From NCBI GenBank assembly GCA_047495785.1, contig JBLDXI010000033.1:2294001-2358000 (forward strand): a DNA stretch of 64,000 nucleotides. The letters are read 5' to 3'. Below, one piece after another: positions 1-12,493 of the stretch (the first letter of the stretch is position 1; each line of letters opens with the position of its first letter). The notes beneath the pieces were generated by a model. It saw nothing but the letters and a program-made list of their open reading frames with translations, was not told the origin of the DNA and made no database searches. This stretch comes from Lepidodermella squamata. Taxonomy: Eukaryota > Animalia > Gastrotricha. The position numbers and the translations under genes were made by a program.

Positions 1-713
1 GAATTTGATCACGTCGAATTCGAACAAATCAATGGATTCAAAAAATATAAGGATCATAGTCCCGTGTATAATTACTGGTATGCAATCAACTTCGACAAAG
101 ATACTTACACATTCAGACTTCCGCTAGCGTTGACGCAGCAGCGACTTAAGTTCCCTTATTATAATAGTGTTTGTGGCATTGATATTAGCGGCGTGCCCTG
201 CATGTATGTTTATACCTGCGGTGACGCCTCGTTGGATTGCATTTATGACTGCCGACCGAAGAAGGACATATTGCGCTGGTTCGAATGCAGAGAAGAAACT
301 AATAGATTTCTATGGCAATACCCTATAACGAAAAAGGCAGAGGTGCGACTAACTAGGCATTTGTTCATTTATCAGTCTTCAAATGATTTCACCATGACTC
401 TTCGATGCCCGCGGTTCCCAGCGTGGGAGAATATCTCTTGGTATTATTTCGACAATGGCAAGTCACTTGAGTTTGAACCCGAATATTCGCAATCTATAAA
501 TTCTGATGAAGATGGAGATCGAACGTCGTTGGTTTTTGTGACTAACAACATAAGTACTTTTCAAACTTGGTGCATGAGACGTACTATAGGACGCCGCGGC
601 TTGCTGAGAATCAGAAAAAGTGTGATATTTTTAATGAGGTCCAAAGTCCAACTCGACCAATGAATCATCTCATTACACTTTTTGCAATCATCTCAAGCCT
701 CTTTTTTGCTTAA
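1..713 (+). CDS. Partial (5'-truncated) orphan, possibly Ig-like surface protein
   Basis: Frame is open from base 1 to 663 with an Ig-like 'TLRCP...ISWYY' pattern. A possible intron (~527-589) would join a hydrophobic tail (NHLITLFAIISSLFFA*, TAA 711-713). The 3' structure is uncertain. Confidence 0.4.
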
Positions 714-869
714 GATCAACGAGATCAACACATCTTTACACAGCGTCACGCCGATCTTTTGCTGTAAAAGAATTCTCATCAGTTTTTAATTATTGACATT
801 TAAAAAATTAAAATTTTATAAATTAAAATTTCTTTAATTTCGAAATTACTGGACTAAAATTTAATTCGT

Positions 870-1915
870 ATGCACATTCCGATATGCACAGTCCGCGGCC
901 TTCAAGAGGCCCATGTAACGGGTGCTTCGAAGCCGCGGCGTCCTATAGTACGTCTCATGACTTGGTGGGCTATTCGTTGCGGACACAATTTTCCTGTGAA
1001 ATATGCGAACGGAAAGGAACAAGACCTGTACAAAACCTTGAAGAACTATCATGTTACAGTCAATCACGCGCAAGATTCCCCCATCGAGTGGTGTGTTTTG
1101 TATGCAAACGATGTGCCGATTGTTGGTCCCGTGGCTGTATTTCCAGATTCAAATGACGCTCAGTTGCAGCTACGCTTGTTATGCCAACCTGTGGACAAAA
1201 CATGTGGTGATTCGTTAGCTTCCTACTTTGTCGATTACGACGATGAAGGCTTGTGGTTGCCGAACATTGAAGTCAATTGGCATGGCGAGACCATATATCG
1301 CAATAATTTCCAAATATTTCAGAAGTCCCTACCGTCATGGTTGACTGTAAAAGTTACCCCGTTGTCTCTGGAAGACAGCTGTCAGATCAGTTTGAAGATT
1401 CGAATAAAGAAAGTTGGCAAAGCCGCGAACTGGGGTCACTTTGGGGCATTTACGATATCGATCTTCGATGATCATAACCCGAGCGAAATCATACCTCTTT
1501 ACGATTTCGAAGTAATGACTTCGCGAAGTGAAACAAGCCGCTTCTTTCCAATAGGAAATTTCTTCCCGAACGGTAAATTTTCACTGCTGAGAGGCGTTTG
1601 ATTGATGTTTCGATAATTTTTGTGTTCCTTTTTCATTTTTTGCCAGCACCGCTTGAAGCTTCGACGACATTCGGTACTCGGCCGCCGAAATTAACAACTA
1701 CTCGAGTCGCGCAATCAACAAGTACGCCTTATGCGCCGACTGAATCCGTGCCTAAAGACGATAAACACTTTGTTCATCCTAATTTGTTCAAGACTTCGAC
1801 GCCATTTTGGTGGCCAGACGATACAATTATCACGAGCGCTAGTAACCGAAAACTTGCGTACATTTTCGGCTATCTTCAGATTATTCTTAGCTTGTGGACT
1901 AGTTTTCTCAAGTAA
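870..1915 (+). CDS. Orphan surface protein with Ser/Thr stalk and hydrophobic C-terminus (GPI/TM-like); 5' end uncertain
   Basis: ORF 870-1572 joins ORF 1647-1915 in frame via phase-1 GT-AG intron 1573-1646; T/S/P-rich stalk followed by a hydrophobic tail. Confidence 0.55.
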
Positions 1916-2137
1916 AATAAAAAGTTGAATGTTTAACCGATGATTTTTCGGATTCCTATCCAGCTGGACCAGTTATCAGTTTAAGATAATGGTTACTTAT
2001 GAGAAACCATAAAGATAAGATATCACTGTTAATACCTTAATTTTGCGTAAAGTTTCTGATTACGCCAACGTAGAACTCCGTGCATAATACTAAAATAGTT
2101 GCAGCTTGAAATCAAGTTCTAATTCTGTGATCGAATC

Positions 2138-2466
2138 ATGACCCGCGGCGAAGTTGAATCAGGTTTGATTTGCAAATTTCCCGCCAAATGTTGCTCACCT
2201 TATGACTATAATTATGACAAAATCTAGATCACGACGATGATGGAGTCGTATATGCAGTGCCACTGAATCCCGAAACGGCACATGCTCTGAAATATTATTT
2301 CACTCTTGGCCTCGCTCTGGTGTCGATTGGCATCTTCGCGGCAATGGTCATACTGGCATGGCTTGCCAATAAACCGTCAGAAATGAACGTTGAACTATTG
2401 GATTCAATGAAAAACACCATCGACAGCGAACATCACATTTCTTCAACACTAGCACCAGGTTACTAG
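2138..2466 (+). CDS. Small single-pass membrane protein (~87 aa)
   Basis: ATG 2138 and phase-1 intron 2163-2227 give MTRGEVESDHDDDGVVYAVPLNPE..., followed by one ~23-aa TM helix. Confidence 0.55.
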
Positions 2467-2871
2467 TGCTGTAACGCTGTAATAGGTCGATGCTTTTATG
2501 TATTTCGATCAATGCAATTTTTAGGTTCAAAATAAAATGTGATAAGGGCGTATTTTGGGACTATCGATTTTTCGAAATAAGTTTGACCCTTCAACCAAGG
2601 TAAACAGATGGTTTCCGAAAAGACTCTATCAGATTAGAGAAAATAAATTTGTTTGCTACTTGAATTGCTACTTGAACTATCTTGAATAAAGATTCTAGGA
2701 AAGTCGAAGATTCAAATCAGTTCCAATATTACGCAGCGGTTACGCAATATTTCGACTCTCGCGCTGATGCTGTTGAGAAACAATCAAGAGGCGGATGAAT
2801 TTATAAGCCTGATTTTTTCTTTCTTTTTCACTGCATTTTCCGTGTTTGTATAGATACAATAACTATAGAAA

Positions 2872-3981
2872 ATGACAGAGGCTATGCAAACCTTAAGAAT
2901 CGATAGCTCAGATTTGAAGCCAGAGGCCCATCTGATTTCTCTTTTCAACCTGGAATTTCTTCCCAAATGCTTGGAGCTGGTTGTCAATTTCAACATTGCC
3001 AACGCCATTTCGACCAAAACCGGGCCTGTTAAAGTCTCTGATCTGGCTAAGCGACTTGGTCTTGACGCCAATAACCTGAAACGAATTCTCAGCTTTCTCG
3101 CAAGCTTCGACATTTTCCACGAACTCGAAGATGGTGAAAGCTTTACTGGCACCGAGCGGTCGGATCTGCTTCGAGATGATCACGAACTATCGCAGGCCCA
3201 CATGATTCGACAGTTGAATTTGCGGCCGAGTCAGCTGGCCATCACGGCTATGGAGCATTCGCTGAAAACCGGAAATGCGGCCTACAACCACATCAACGGC
3301 ACTTCTTTCTATGACTTCTTAACAAATCACCCCGAGTGCGAACGCGTTTTCGACTTCGCGATGACCAACATGAGCAAAGGCCTTCAAGACGCCCTGGTTG
3401 AAAAGTACGATTTTTCGCGATTTGAACGAATTTGCGAGATAGGCGGCGGTCGCGGCGGGCTGTTGTACCGAATTTTGAAGAAGAACGACAATGTCGAAGA
3501 AGCAATCTTGTACGAAAGACCGGCCGTAATTCCGAACATCATGGAAGAACTTCATTCCGACGAGGCCATCCGCAGTCGATTCAAACCTGTTGTTGGCAAC
3601 GCCTTGTTCGACATTGAAGTTGACGCTGATTTGTACATGATTTGCAACGTGCTGCTCGATTTCGACGATAGCGATGCGTTGACTATTGTCCTCAACATTG
3701 GCAAGGCAATGTCACGCCGAAACAAAGAAGTTGGCGCTGATAAACAACCAGCCCGGTTGTTGATTGTCGAGCCGGACATTGCTGGTCTGCCCCCGAATGA
3801 GCCGTCCCTGTTCAAACGCGGCCTGGATGTTTTGATGCTGACGCTTCTTGGCGGTAAGGTGCGCTCGCCTGATCGCTGGCGAGAGCGCCTCGATCGTTGC
3901 GGATTGAAGGTTTTGGACATTATTAAACTCACCCCTTCGCACATGGGAATCGAATGCGAAGCTGCTAAACATGATATTTAA
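2872..3981 (+). CDS. Class II SAM-dependent O-methyltransferase (dimerisation + Methyltransf_2), paralogue 1, intronless
   Basis: 369 aa; N-terminal wHTH (LAKRLG...LKRILSFLAS), YDFSRF, EIGGGRG SAM motif, GGKVRS C-terminal motif. Confidence 0.92.
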   Translation: MTEAMQTLRIDSSDLKPEAHLISLFNLEFLPKCLELVVNFNIANAISTKTGPVKVSDLAKRLGLDANNLKRILSFLASFDIFHELEDGESFTGTERSDLLRDDHELSQAHMIRQLNLRPSQLAITAMEHSLKTGNAAYNHINGTSFYDFLTNHPECERVFDFAMTNMSKGLQDALVEKYDFSRFERICEIGGGRGGLLYRILKKNDNVEEAILYERPAVIPNIMEELHSDEAIRSRFKPVVGNALFDIEVDADLYMICNVLLDFDDSDALTIVLNIGKAMSRRNKEVGADKQPARLLIVEPDIAGLPPNEPSLFKRGLDVLMLTLLGGKVRSPDRWRERLDRCGLKVLDIIKLTPSHMGIECEAAKHDI

Positions 3982-4089
3982 CTCTTTTTCATAACCGATT
4001 TGTCTTCCTAATAATAAACTTTTTGCATTCATGTTACCACCTCTAGACATATAATTAACAATTACTATTGACACATTTTTCTCGCGACA

Positions 4090-5282
4090 ATGGCTGATGT
4101 TAGAGAAGGCAAGCCTTTATTGCGCCAAGCTGTATCATTTTTTTATTATTTCTGTATTAGGTACGGTTTTGACGATTGACAGCAGTACCACCCTAACCCA
4201 AGAGCACTACCTGATGTCACTGATGCAGTTGGGTTCGTTGTCCAAGTGCATTTCATTGCTGGTCGAGTGTAACATCGCCAACTTGTTGTCATCGGCGGAC
4301 GAGCCAATCGAAGTCGGAGAGCTGGCGAAGCGTCTTGAAGTCGACGAAAACGCGCTGTATCGCATTCTCGGATTTTTGGCAAGCTTCGGCATCGTAGCCG
4401 AGCACAATAGCGGTATTTTTTATTTTATAGGTCAATTTATTTATTCTATTTTTTGTTTTTTAAGGTGGTCGTTTTACTGGCACGGCTTTGTCTGATTTAT
4501 TGCGCGACGACAACCCTGACAGCTTGGCCAATGTGATTCGCCATTTGGGCAGTCGTCCGATGCAACTGGCCCTTCTCGACATGGGCTATTCCTTGCAAAC
4601 CGGCAAACCGGCGTTTGAACACACAAATGGCGCGCCTTTTTTCGACTACCTGAGCTCTCACGCTGAGAACGAGCGCCTCTACGATTTGTCCAAAGCTAGA
4701 ATGACGGAAAAGCTGCACGCCAAGATCATTGACGCGTACGACTTTTCACGCTATGGCGAGATTGTCGACATCGGCGGCGGCCGAGGTGATATGCTGCTGA
4801 AAATTCTCGAGCGCTGGCCAGATACATCAGTCACGCTGTTCGAACGCCCGGCAGTTCTGTCGAAAAACGTCACCGAAGGTCACGCTGATCGGCCGAATTT
4901 CCAGGCGATTGAAGGCAATGCTTTCGAGTCGATCGATGTTGAAGCGGATCTCTTCATGGTCGTCGCTACGTTGAGCAACTTTGACGACGAAAAATTGACG
5001 AAAATTCTGACGAATATTGCCAAGGCGATGTCGATGGGCAACAAAGATCGCGAAGCTGCTCGCTTGTTGATTGTCGAGGCTGATTTGGGTAAGCTAGCGC
5101 CGAATGAACCAGCTGCGCTGCTGAGAACTTGGGACCTAGTTAAGATGGTATCAATCGGTGGCCGCATCCGGAACGAAGAAGACTGGCGCAATTTGCTGAC
5201 TTCGAAGGAGGTCGGCTTTGAAATCCTGAACAGCTTTAAGATTCACCCGATTCATCGAGCATACGAGTGCAAGCTTGCATAA
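4090..5282 (+). CDS. Class II O-methyltransferase, paralogue 2 (3 exons)
   Basis: ATG 4090; GC-AG intron 4109-4160 and GT-AG intron 4413-4464 keep the frame; VDIGGGRG motif; colinear with paralogue 1. Confidence 0.9.
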
Positions 5283-5417
5283 AATTTCCCTCAATACATG
5301 AACTTCATCATTCAGCTTTTACTTTCTAATTATTATAACTTCTTTTGAACAACAACAATAAAATAAATCATTTGTTATGCAAACATTTTGCGTGTATTTT
5401 TTGAGATGAAGAAAAGT

Positions 5418-8400
5418 TTACAGAAGTTTGACAGCATCCGCGAAGTAGAATGCTGAAGCCAATGAAATCGCCAGGCAAATTAAGAACCCGGCTATTTCCA
5501 GCCAAACAATTGTCCTCAACTTCCAGAGGACTTTCTTTGCTCGGTTCGAATAAAAGGTAACAAACCACATCATTAAGATCGAATGGAGAGTCGTCAGAGC
5601 ACAAATCAGACTCATCATCTGAACGCAACTGTTCAGCCAAACGCGTTCTGGTGTTCGCGGCAATTCGATTAAAACCTGGGCCTGTTCGAGGCAGATCGCT
5701 AGATACAAGTAAACATTGAAGCATAGTCGATCGCCCTCGTCGGGTGGCATGAGGAATGCAACCAAGGCTAGAACAGTCAGGACAATGCAAGGCGCGAGCA
5801 GATTGACGATATAATAAGCTGGATTTCGTCGCAATTTCAGCTTGTAAGACGCAACGCTGAACAAGCCTTCATCGCCGATACTTTCTGAATATTGCTCAGG
5901 CCAATAGTCGATCAGTTTCCATTTACTGCCGAGCGAAAACATCTCCAGATTAACCGACAAGGAGGCGTTGTAATATTGGACAAGATTCGTGTTTTCAGTC
6001 ATTGTGAATTCAAAGCTACAAGTCTGGGTATCGAAAGGGAAATTCGCTAGTTGAAGAGCTGAAATAGGCAAATATCAAAAATGATTCAGCGCCGACATGA
6101 TTATATTACCGCATGAAACAGAAATAACTCCACGTCTGGTCCAGAAGAAAAACACCGACCAAGTTGGCGTTGTTGGAACAAAAATCAGTTCGAGTCTGTC
6201 GAACAGAGCGCTGTCTCGCATGAGTATGTCCTCTTTGCTGTTGCTGAGCTCCAAAGGAGGCCGCCAGACATCGTTGATTGACTCGGCTCGGATGCGATAC
6301 ATTGAGTCGGGCGATACGCCGTCGTTCAGATGCTTGTTGGCACAAGTAAAAACTGCCCAAGTATGAGTGAGTACAACACTAGCTGTCAAGGTCTGCTCGG
6401 TGTCAGAAATGTCGACAAGGCGGTCCAAATGAAGCGCAACGAAAATTGCTGAAATATTTTATAGTAGTTTTAATGTTAAATCCTCATACAAATTTTCTTA
6501 CGAGCCGCGAATTTGTTGAAAAATTTGCGAGGACTTCGAATCTTTGAATCCAAGTCCATGCAATTGTCAGCGAGTTCTACGGCTGAAACCGGTGATTTAG
6601 CCGTAGCTTCGGGTAATGCCGGATTCTCAGGCACTTTCTCGGCCGATTTCGAAATGGTCAGGTTCAAATTGGGTATCACAATTTTCTCGGGTGTCATTAT
6701 AGTAGTAGTGGAAGCTAGAGCAGCTGGCGTATTGCTAGAAGTAGCTCTAGACGTAATTCTGGACGTAGTACTAGAAGTTGTTGACGTTGATATTGACTGC
6801 GACAACGTGGTGGAGGTTGTAGTGGTTGGAGTCGTACAATTTCCATCGTCGCTAACGAATATCTCATTTGAATCCGCGACAACTGAAAAATCACGACAAT
6901 TCATAGTATGCATAAATCTATCCACTTGATCAAACCTGGTGAAGTTCCTTGCATAAGCTGATAGATTGCTGCCGTTATCAAGTCTACATTGGGTGACTTC
7001 GACGGTGGAGCGTTTGCCTCGTATTTAATTTGATAGGTTACCGGCGGACCGGCAATAGCCACGCCTTGTGAGAGCACCATATGAGAAATCGTTGAGCCGC
7101 CGCATTTCAAAGTCATATATAGAATAGATTGGAATTTTTCCACAATAACCATGTTAACAGCACCTGCAACCAAACAACGATCGACTGAAGACTTGCCAGA
7201 AATAGCGGGTGATGCGCTCGTCAATATTACGTTGACCGTTCCATTGTTTGCTGATGCACTTGACAGAGCGATGTTTAACACATCTGGCAAATAATGTAAA
7301 TGATGGTTAAAACAACTCCTGTTTGAATGGGCAATCAAGATGCCCTTTATACCTGACTGAGGATTGCCTGATTGATATATTACAAAACTGATCGATGCAC
7401 CAGCTATTAATTCGGAGAACGAAAATTGAAACTCAACTCGCCAACTATCATGCATGAAACCCTTGAAATCATACAATGGCTGTAGGCTATATCTTGTAAA
7501 AAATGGTAATTTAAATGTACAGCGTCTACACCGGAATTGATGGATCCAAATTTGTTCGTTGAGTCTAAAAGTCTTATGACAACACCAGCTTCGGCAGGAA
7601 CGGCCCCGCCTCTAAACATCCAACGCGAGCCTGAAAATAAGATAGAATCACCCTTAGGATACTGAACCAAATAATGTAATAATTACCCATGTCAGCGATG
7701 TTTGCCGATAAATCTCGGCGATATACCCCATAATACCCATTCGGCAATTCTCGCAAGTCTATACTCGGGTTGAGCAGCGATGCTATTCAGAGATGCAAAA
7801 TTTAGCAATGGGAAAAACTTGACTGCCAAGCTTTTTATACCTCGCTCGCAAACCTTTGCCACGAGTTCAAGTTGACTTGGCGTTAGGGCGGTGCTGTGAA
7901 TCATCCAGCACGAAATCATTCCTTCAGTGAAATCTCGCTGATAGCACCTGCAATGGCATTGGTATTATTGAAACAGAAGGCAATTCTTAATAACCTCTTG
8001 GTTCGAAACCCGGCATCATAAAAATTAACATCTAAGGTAGCATTTACGACCTTTGCTACATCGGAGCTTTTTTCCAAGTCACAGTACAGCACAATTGATT
8101 TATCTTGCTCATCGTATACGACTGAGATAAATCTCCACTGATCGTTAAAGTTGCAATCCATTCTGACGACTTCAGATACGTTTATGACTCTGAAGAACAG
8201 CTTGTTTGCTTGTGGAAAGTTCGCCCAAAGTTGAAGGCGAAGAGAGCTAGAATCAACAGCAAATGCCTCGAACAATGGAGATCTTTTCTCCGACGTCAAG
8301 TGAACGAATGCCGTTAAAGTCCAAGAACTTTTCATTGTTAGTGCCTCCCGTTTCACTGGGAAGATAATGTAAGCGTCTTCGTCTGACCCAATACTGTAAG

Positions 8401-8746
8401 AAGTTTGCGCAATTCCGAAGGGGCCGTCGTCCTCTAGTTGTACAGAAGTCGACGCAGCTAGTGCGTTGAAACCTTTAGGCCCGAAATCGCCCAATCTAGA
8501 TGCCGACGTGAAAGGCCAGTAGCTAATCAGATTGGGATTAGCTGAAAGATTTCGCGATAGTTCAAAATGCAGCTGAAATTTTTGGGTAGCAAACTTACTT
8601 CTACCACAGTCGTTACCGGACCACTGACCTACGCACTGGCAGTTCCCATTCCCGTCCACTTGCCCACCATGCAGGCAACTACCACCCACTGCGCAAAACT
8701 GGAGGGATGTTAGCGCAACTAGTGTGAAGAGTTGAAAATGCCCCAT
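5418..8746 (-). CDS. Cys-loop (pentameric ligand-gated) ion channel subunit with N-terminal EGF, LamG-like, beta-rich and mucin-like extensions (~939 aa)
   Basis: Nine phase-compatible GT-AG introns (8542-8598, 7948-8009, 7783-7840, 7631-7686, 7480-7529, 7284-7352, 6883-6935, 6449-6501, 6059-6109) leave 2820 coding nt. Signal peptide, EGF (CLHGG...CQCVGQWSGNDC), Cys-loop C-ALQLANFPFDTQT-C, RRNPAYY-M1 and four TM helices. Confidence 0.85.
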
Positions 8747-9036
8747 TTCTTCGGCCCTAAATTGAATTATTTTGAAAACTTGCAACTGCTGAGCTAAGCC
8801 TAGACGATTTCATAATTGAAAATTTGCTCAAAATTAACAGCGCAGGTATTTTCCGTTATGTTTACTTCTAATTAAGTATCACCGATCTAATGCAATGTTT
8901 GAAGTCGCAATATAAAGAACCGCAAAATTCGATTTTATTAGCAAATAATTCAATCAGTGAGTGTTTACTCGATGTTTCTAGCAATGGCTCCTAGAAAAAG
9001 TTAAATAACTCTTCTTTCGATTTCCGCATTCCCATC

Positions 9037-10191
9037 TCAGACAAGTTGGCATTCGTGAGCAATATGTGAAGGTGGGATGTGGATTGTTTTCAGCACCTTC
9101 AAACCACTTTGTTCCACCAAACCCTGCCAAGTTTTCGCCGAGCGGAACTTGCCACCCATAATCGACATCAAAAACATGTCAGCGCCGCGTTTGAGAATCG
9201 ACGGTTCGTTAGACTGATCATCGGTCGCCTGGTCCGCTTCGACAATAAGGAGCCGTGGGATCTTGCTGTCTTTCTGGCTTTTCGCCATTGCTAGTGCGAT
9301 ATTGGCAATGATCTTCGACGCGTCTTCGTCGTTGAAGTTGCATAGCGTGTTCGCGATGATGAACAGTTCAGCTTCGACATCGATCTTCTCAAGGACATTT
9401 CCAGCGAAGGTGCAGAAGCGATCTTTAACATCTGAGGCACTTAGCTCGGGCACAACGTGGGCTAAAGCGGCCTCGCGTTCGAACAAGGTTCCGCGAAGTT
9501 TAGCGTTTTGACGCAAAATCTTAGCGATCAAGCCTCCGCGGCCACCAGCTATATCGACCACCGAGCTGAAGCGAGAGAAGTCGTACAGAGAGTAGACCAG
9601 CTTGTTCTGCATCGGCTCGTTCATGGACGATACGGCCTTGTCAAAGGAGGCCTCGGTTTCGGGGTGGCGGGTCATGTAGTCGTAGTAAGAAACGCCATTT
9701 GCAATCTTGAATGACGGCTCGCCGCTCTTCAAGCTCTTTCCCAGGTCGACAAGCGCCAACTGCATCTCCCTACGGCTAAATTATTGAAAAGAATTTGAAA
9801 AATTTGAGATTTTTAAGGGTCGTTACAACCTCATGTGACGGACGAGCTGAGAAATTGAATGCGGGTGGTCGTCGTGTAGTACGTCGGAGAACTCGGTGCC
9901 CATGAATTTGTCACCATCGATTTCCTTGAGAATTCCATGGCTAGCAAGGAAGCTGAGAATTCTATGCAGAGCGTCCGTGTTGTACTCGAGGCGTTTCGCG
10001 AGCACAGAAACTTCGATAGCTTCGAGGCTCGAGATATGGTTAACGATGTTGTACTCGACCAGAATTTCGATGCATTTCGGCAGGGTTTGAAGGTGAACCA
10101 GCGACATGACGAACTGCTGGGGCGGCATATTTGCCCGGCTGTCCAGAGTCAGGCATGTGCCATCGCTGTCAGTATTCGAACTCTGATTCAT
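9037..10191 (-). CDS. Class II O-methyltransferase, paralogue 3 (2 exons)
   Basis: Intron 9776-9829 joins the two ORFs; YDFSRF, VDIAGGRG, GGKFRS. Confidence 0.9.
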
Positions 10192-11262
10192 TTCGCAAAA
10201 TTTAATAGAGGCGAAAAGCGGTAAAAAAAAATAAGTTTAAATAATGCTCGGTTTATAGCATCAAGTCAGAGGGTGTGGCAAATGAACTTTCATCTTTGGC
10301 ACGGGCTTTTAAATACGTCACGCTTGACGAGTGCGCCGCGCAATAACAATCCTTGCCTGTCATTTGTCGCGTGCCGTCGTTTTTGCATTGTTTTGAGAAC
10401 ACTTTGAATTGCAATGCAGATTATGGGCTGATGCATTTCCCGCTTTTTTAAAGACCATTATAGCATATCACCTCTATCGCAGGTACCTCAAAAAACCGTC
10501 TGGATAAGACCTGGTCAAGGAGACCAGATGCCTAAAAAATAGGCATAGCTCAAATCTCAAATGATAGTGGAGTAGTTAGAGGTTTATTACACTTTGATAG
10601 AATAGAAAATTACACTTTGATGGCTGTGTAAATTACACTTTGATAAGTAGATGAATCATATTATTGTCGATTTTTTTTTCTGCTGCGCTGCTCTTCGAGA
10701 AAATACGCTCTAGGGTATTAACGAAATTGAGATATTCATGACAAATCTCAGTCTTAAATGTCTTAAAACTTTCTTAGCTCCGCGCAAGAATATCCAGAAA
10801 AAGATGAACATGGTTTATAAATCAGAACTCATCTTTTTTTTTATTTTCCAATGCATTTGTTAATTTTGATGGCATCTAAATATTAATTAGCACCTCATGA
10901 ATATTCATACTTTTACACCTATTAAAATTTCTCAGACTATCCAAGTTGCACTTTTTAGTTTTGGGTGATTTGAACCCACATTTTGAGCTAAAAATAGTTC
11001 GGGCGCCTGCGAGACAATTTTTGTTTCAACAACTGACCGCGTGCAACTTCTGTAAAAAATATTCCTCTATGCTGCCTCCTTTCTCTTCCCTTACATGACT
11101 GGTGACCTGCGTCAAAACGCTCATTTTCTAATTTGTACACGGCTTGGCAATAAACGGCAACTCATTGTGGCCTGAAGACCTTGCATTTAGATTTATTTTC
11201 ATTTTTCAAAAATATTGACAAGACAGATCTTTCAATAACCGCATAATAAAGGTGTTCATTTA

Positions 11263-12291
11263 TCACTTCTGAGTGTTGTAGCCACCACACTGCTTACACT
11301 TGAGAAGCCCAACAAAATAGTCCCGCACTGTGCTTTTCTGGTTACAGTCATTGCAATAAATTTCAACATCGCGCAGCTCGGTTTCAGGAATCGTATTTTC
11401 CGCAACCGCCCGTTCCAGCATGTCGTCGAACGGCTTCCAATCGACCTCGAACAGCGTCTTCTTACACGTAGGACAGCCCAAGGTGCCGTTTTTCACCATC
11501 ATATTCCAACATTTGCTATGCCTGTAAATAAAAATTTAATTACACATTTATTCGCTAATAAATCTGAAAATCTTACACTGGATGGCCGCATTTGGGTAGG
11601 ATCAAACCGACCCGACTGTCGTGTAAGTTACCATAACAAATTGGACACAGATTCCTCGAAGCATCCTGAACGCATTTATGACTGTCTTTCATGGAGTTCG
11701 CTAGGCAATAGCCACATTTGTCACAGTGAAAGAAATTATCTTTGCCTCCAACACTAAAACAAAAATTTTAGCATTTGATTGGATTTAAAATTAGCTCATT
11801 TACCGGCAAATTCCGCAGCCTTCGCAGTGCCACTGGCCTTTTTCAACAAAATCGAAAATTCGACACCGCAGGCAAACATATTTGCCGAATTCCGCATCGC
11901 ACTTTGAGCATTTTTCTGCCGGCGGTTGTCGAAGTTCGCAAGACCGGCAGACGACTTCCTTAATAGCAAACCGGTCCACCTCGTGGTCTTCCGCAACAGC
12001 CGCATTGTGGCACAATCGACACGGGAACAATTTGTCGCAGCACGGGGCTATTATTGAGCAGCCGCATTTGTAATGCGAACACCCGCCATCCTCCGTCGCG
12101 GCTGCGACTTCCTCGACTTCGGACTCGGTTTCGGTCGCAACTGGTCCGGCAGACTCCTCCTCTTCGCCTAAAATCTCCTCGTCTGAGTCCGCCGTTTCGT
12201 AAGAATCATCGTTTGACTCTCCATCTGGATGCTCTGCGTCATCGTTATTTTGTTCGGGAGGAGGATTTGGAAGCCCATTATTGTCGGACAT
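11263..12291 (-). CDS. RCHY1: RING/CHY zinc-finger E3 ligase (Pirh2-like), copy 1
   Basis: GCSHY...APCCDKLFPCRLCH CHY finger, HCEGCGICR, RING exon ~11577-11754 and C-terminal CNDC...CKQCGGYNT; two short introns; acidic N-terminus. Confidence 0.9.
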
Positions 12292-12493
12292 TTTTCATGC
12301 GAAAATAAAATTCTAAAACTAAATTTTTGAATAACATCATTTTTTATCACATTTTATATATTTTTTTCCTGGTCAACTTTTTTCGACGTTACTGATGCAA
12401 AAAACCGAGCCTTTTCCCAGAAGAAGACACAACATATGTTAATTTTTTTAGTATATAACCGAAAGCATTGAGCGGGAGTAATATTCGACTGCA

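Noticed and set aside
10586-10646. Three copies of ATTACACTTTGAT
   Set aside because: Short local duplication with no flanking structure to support a function.
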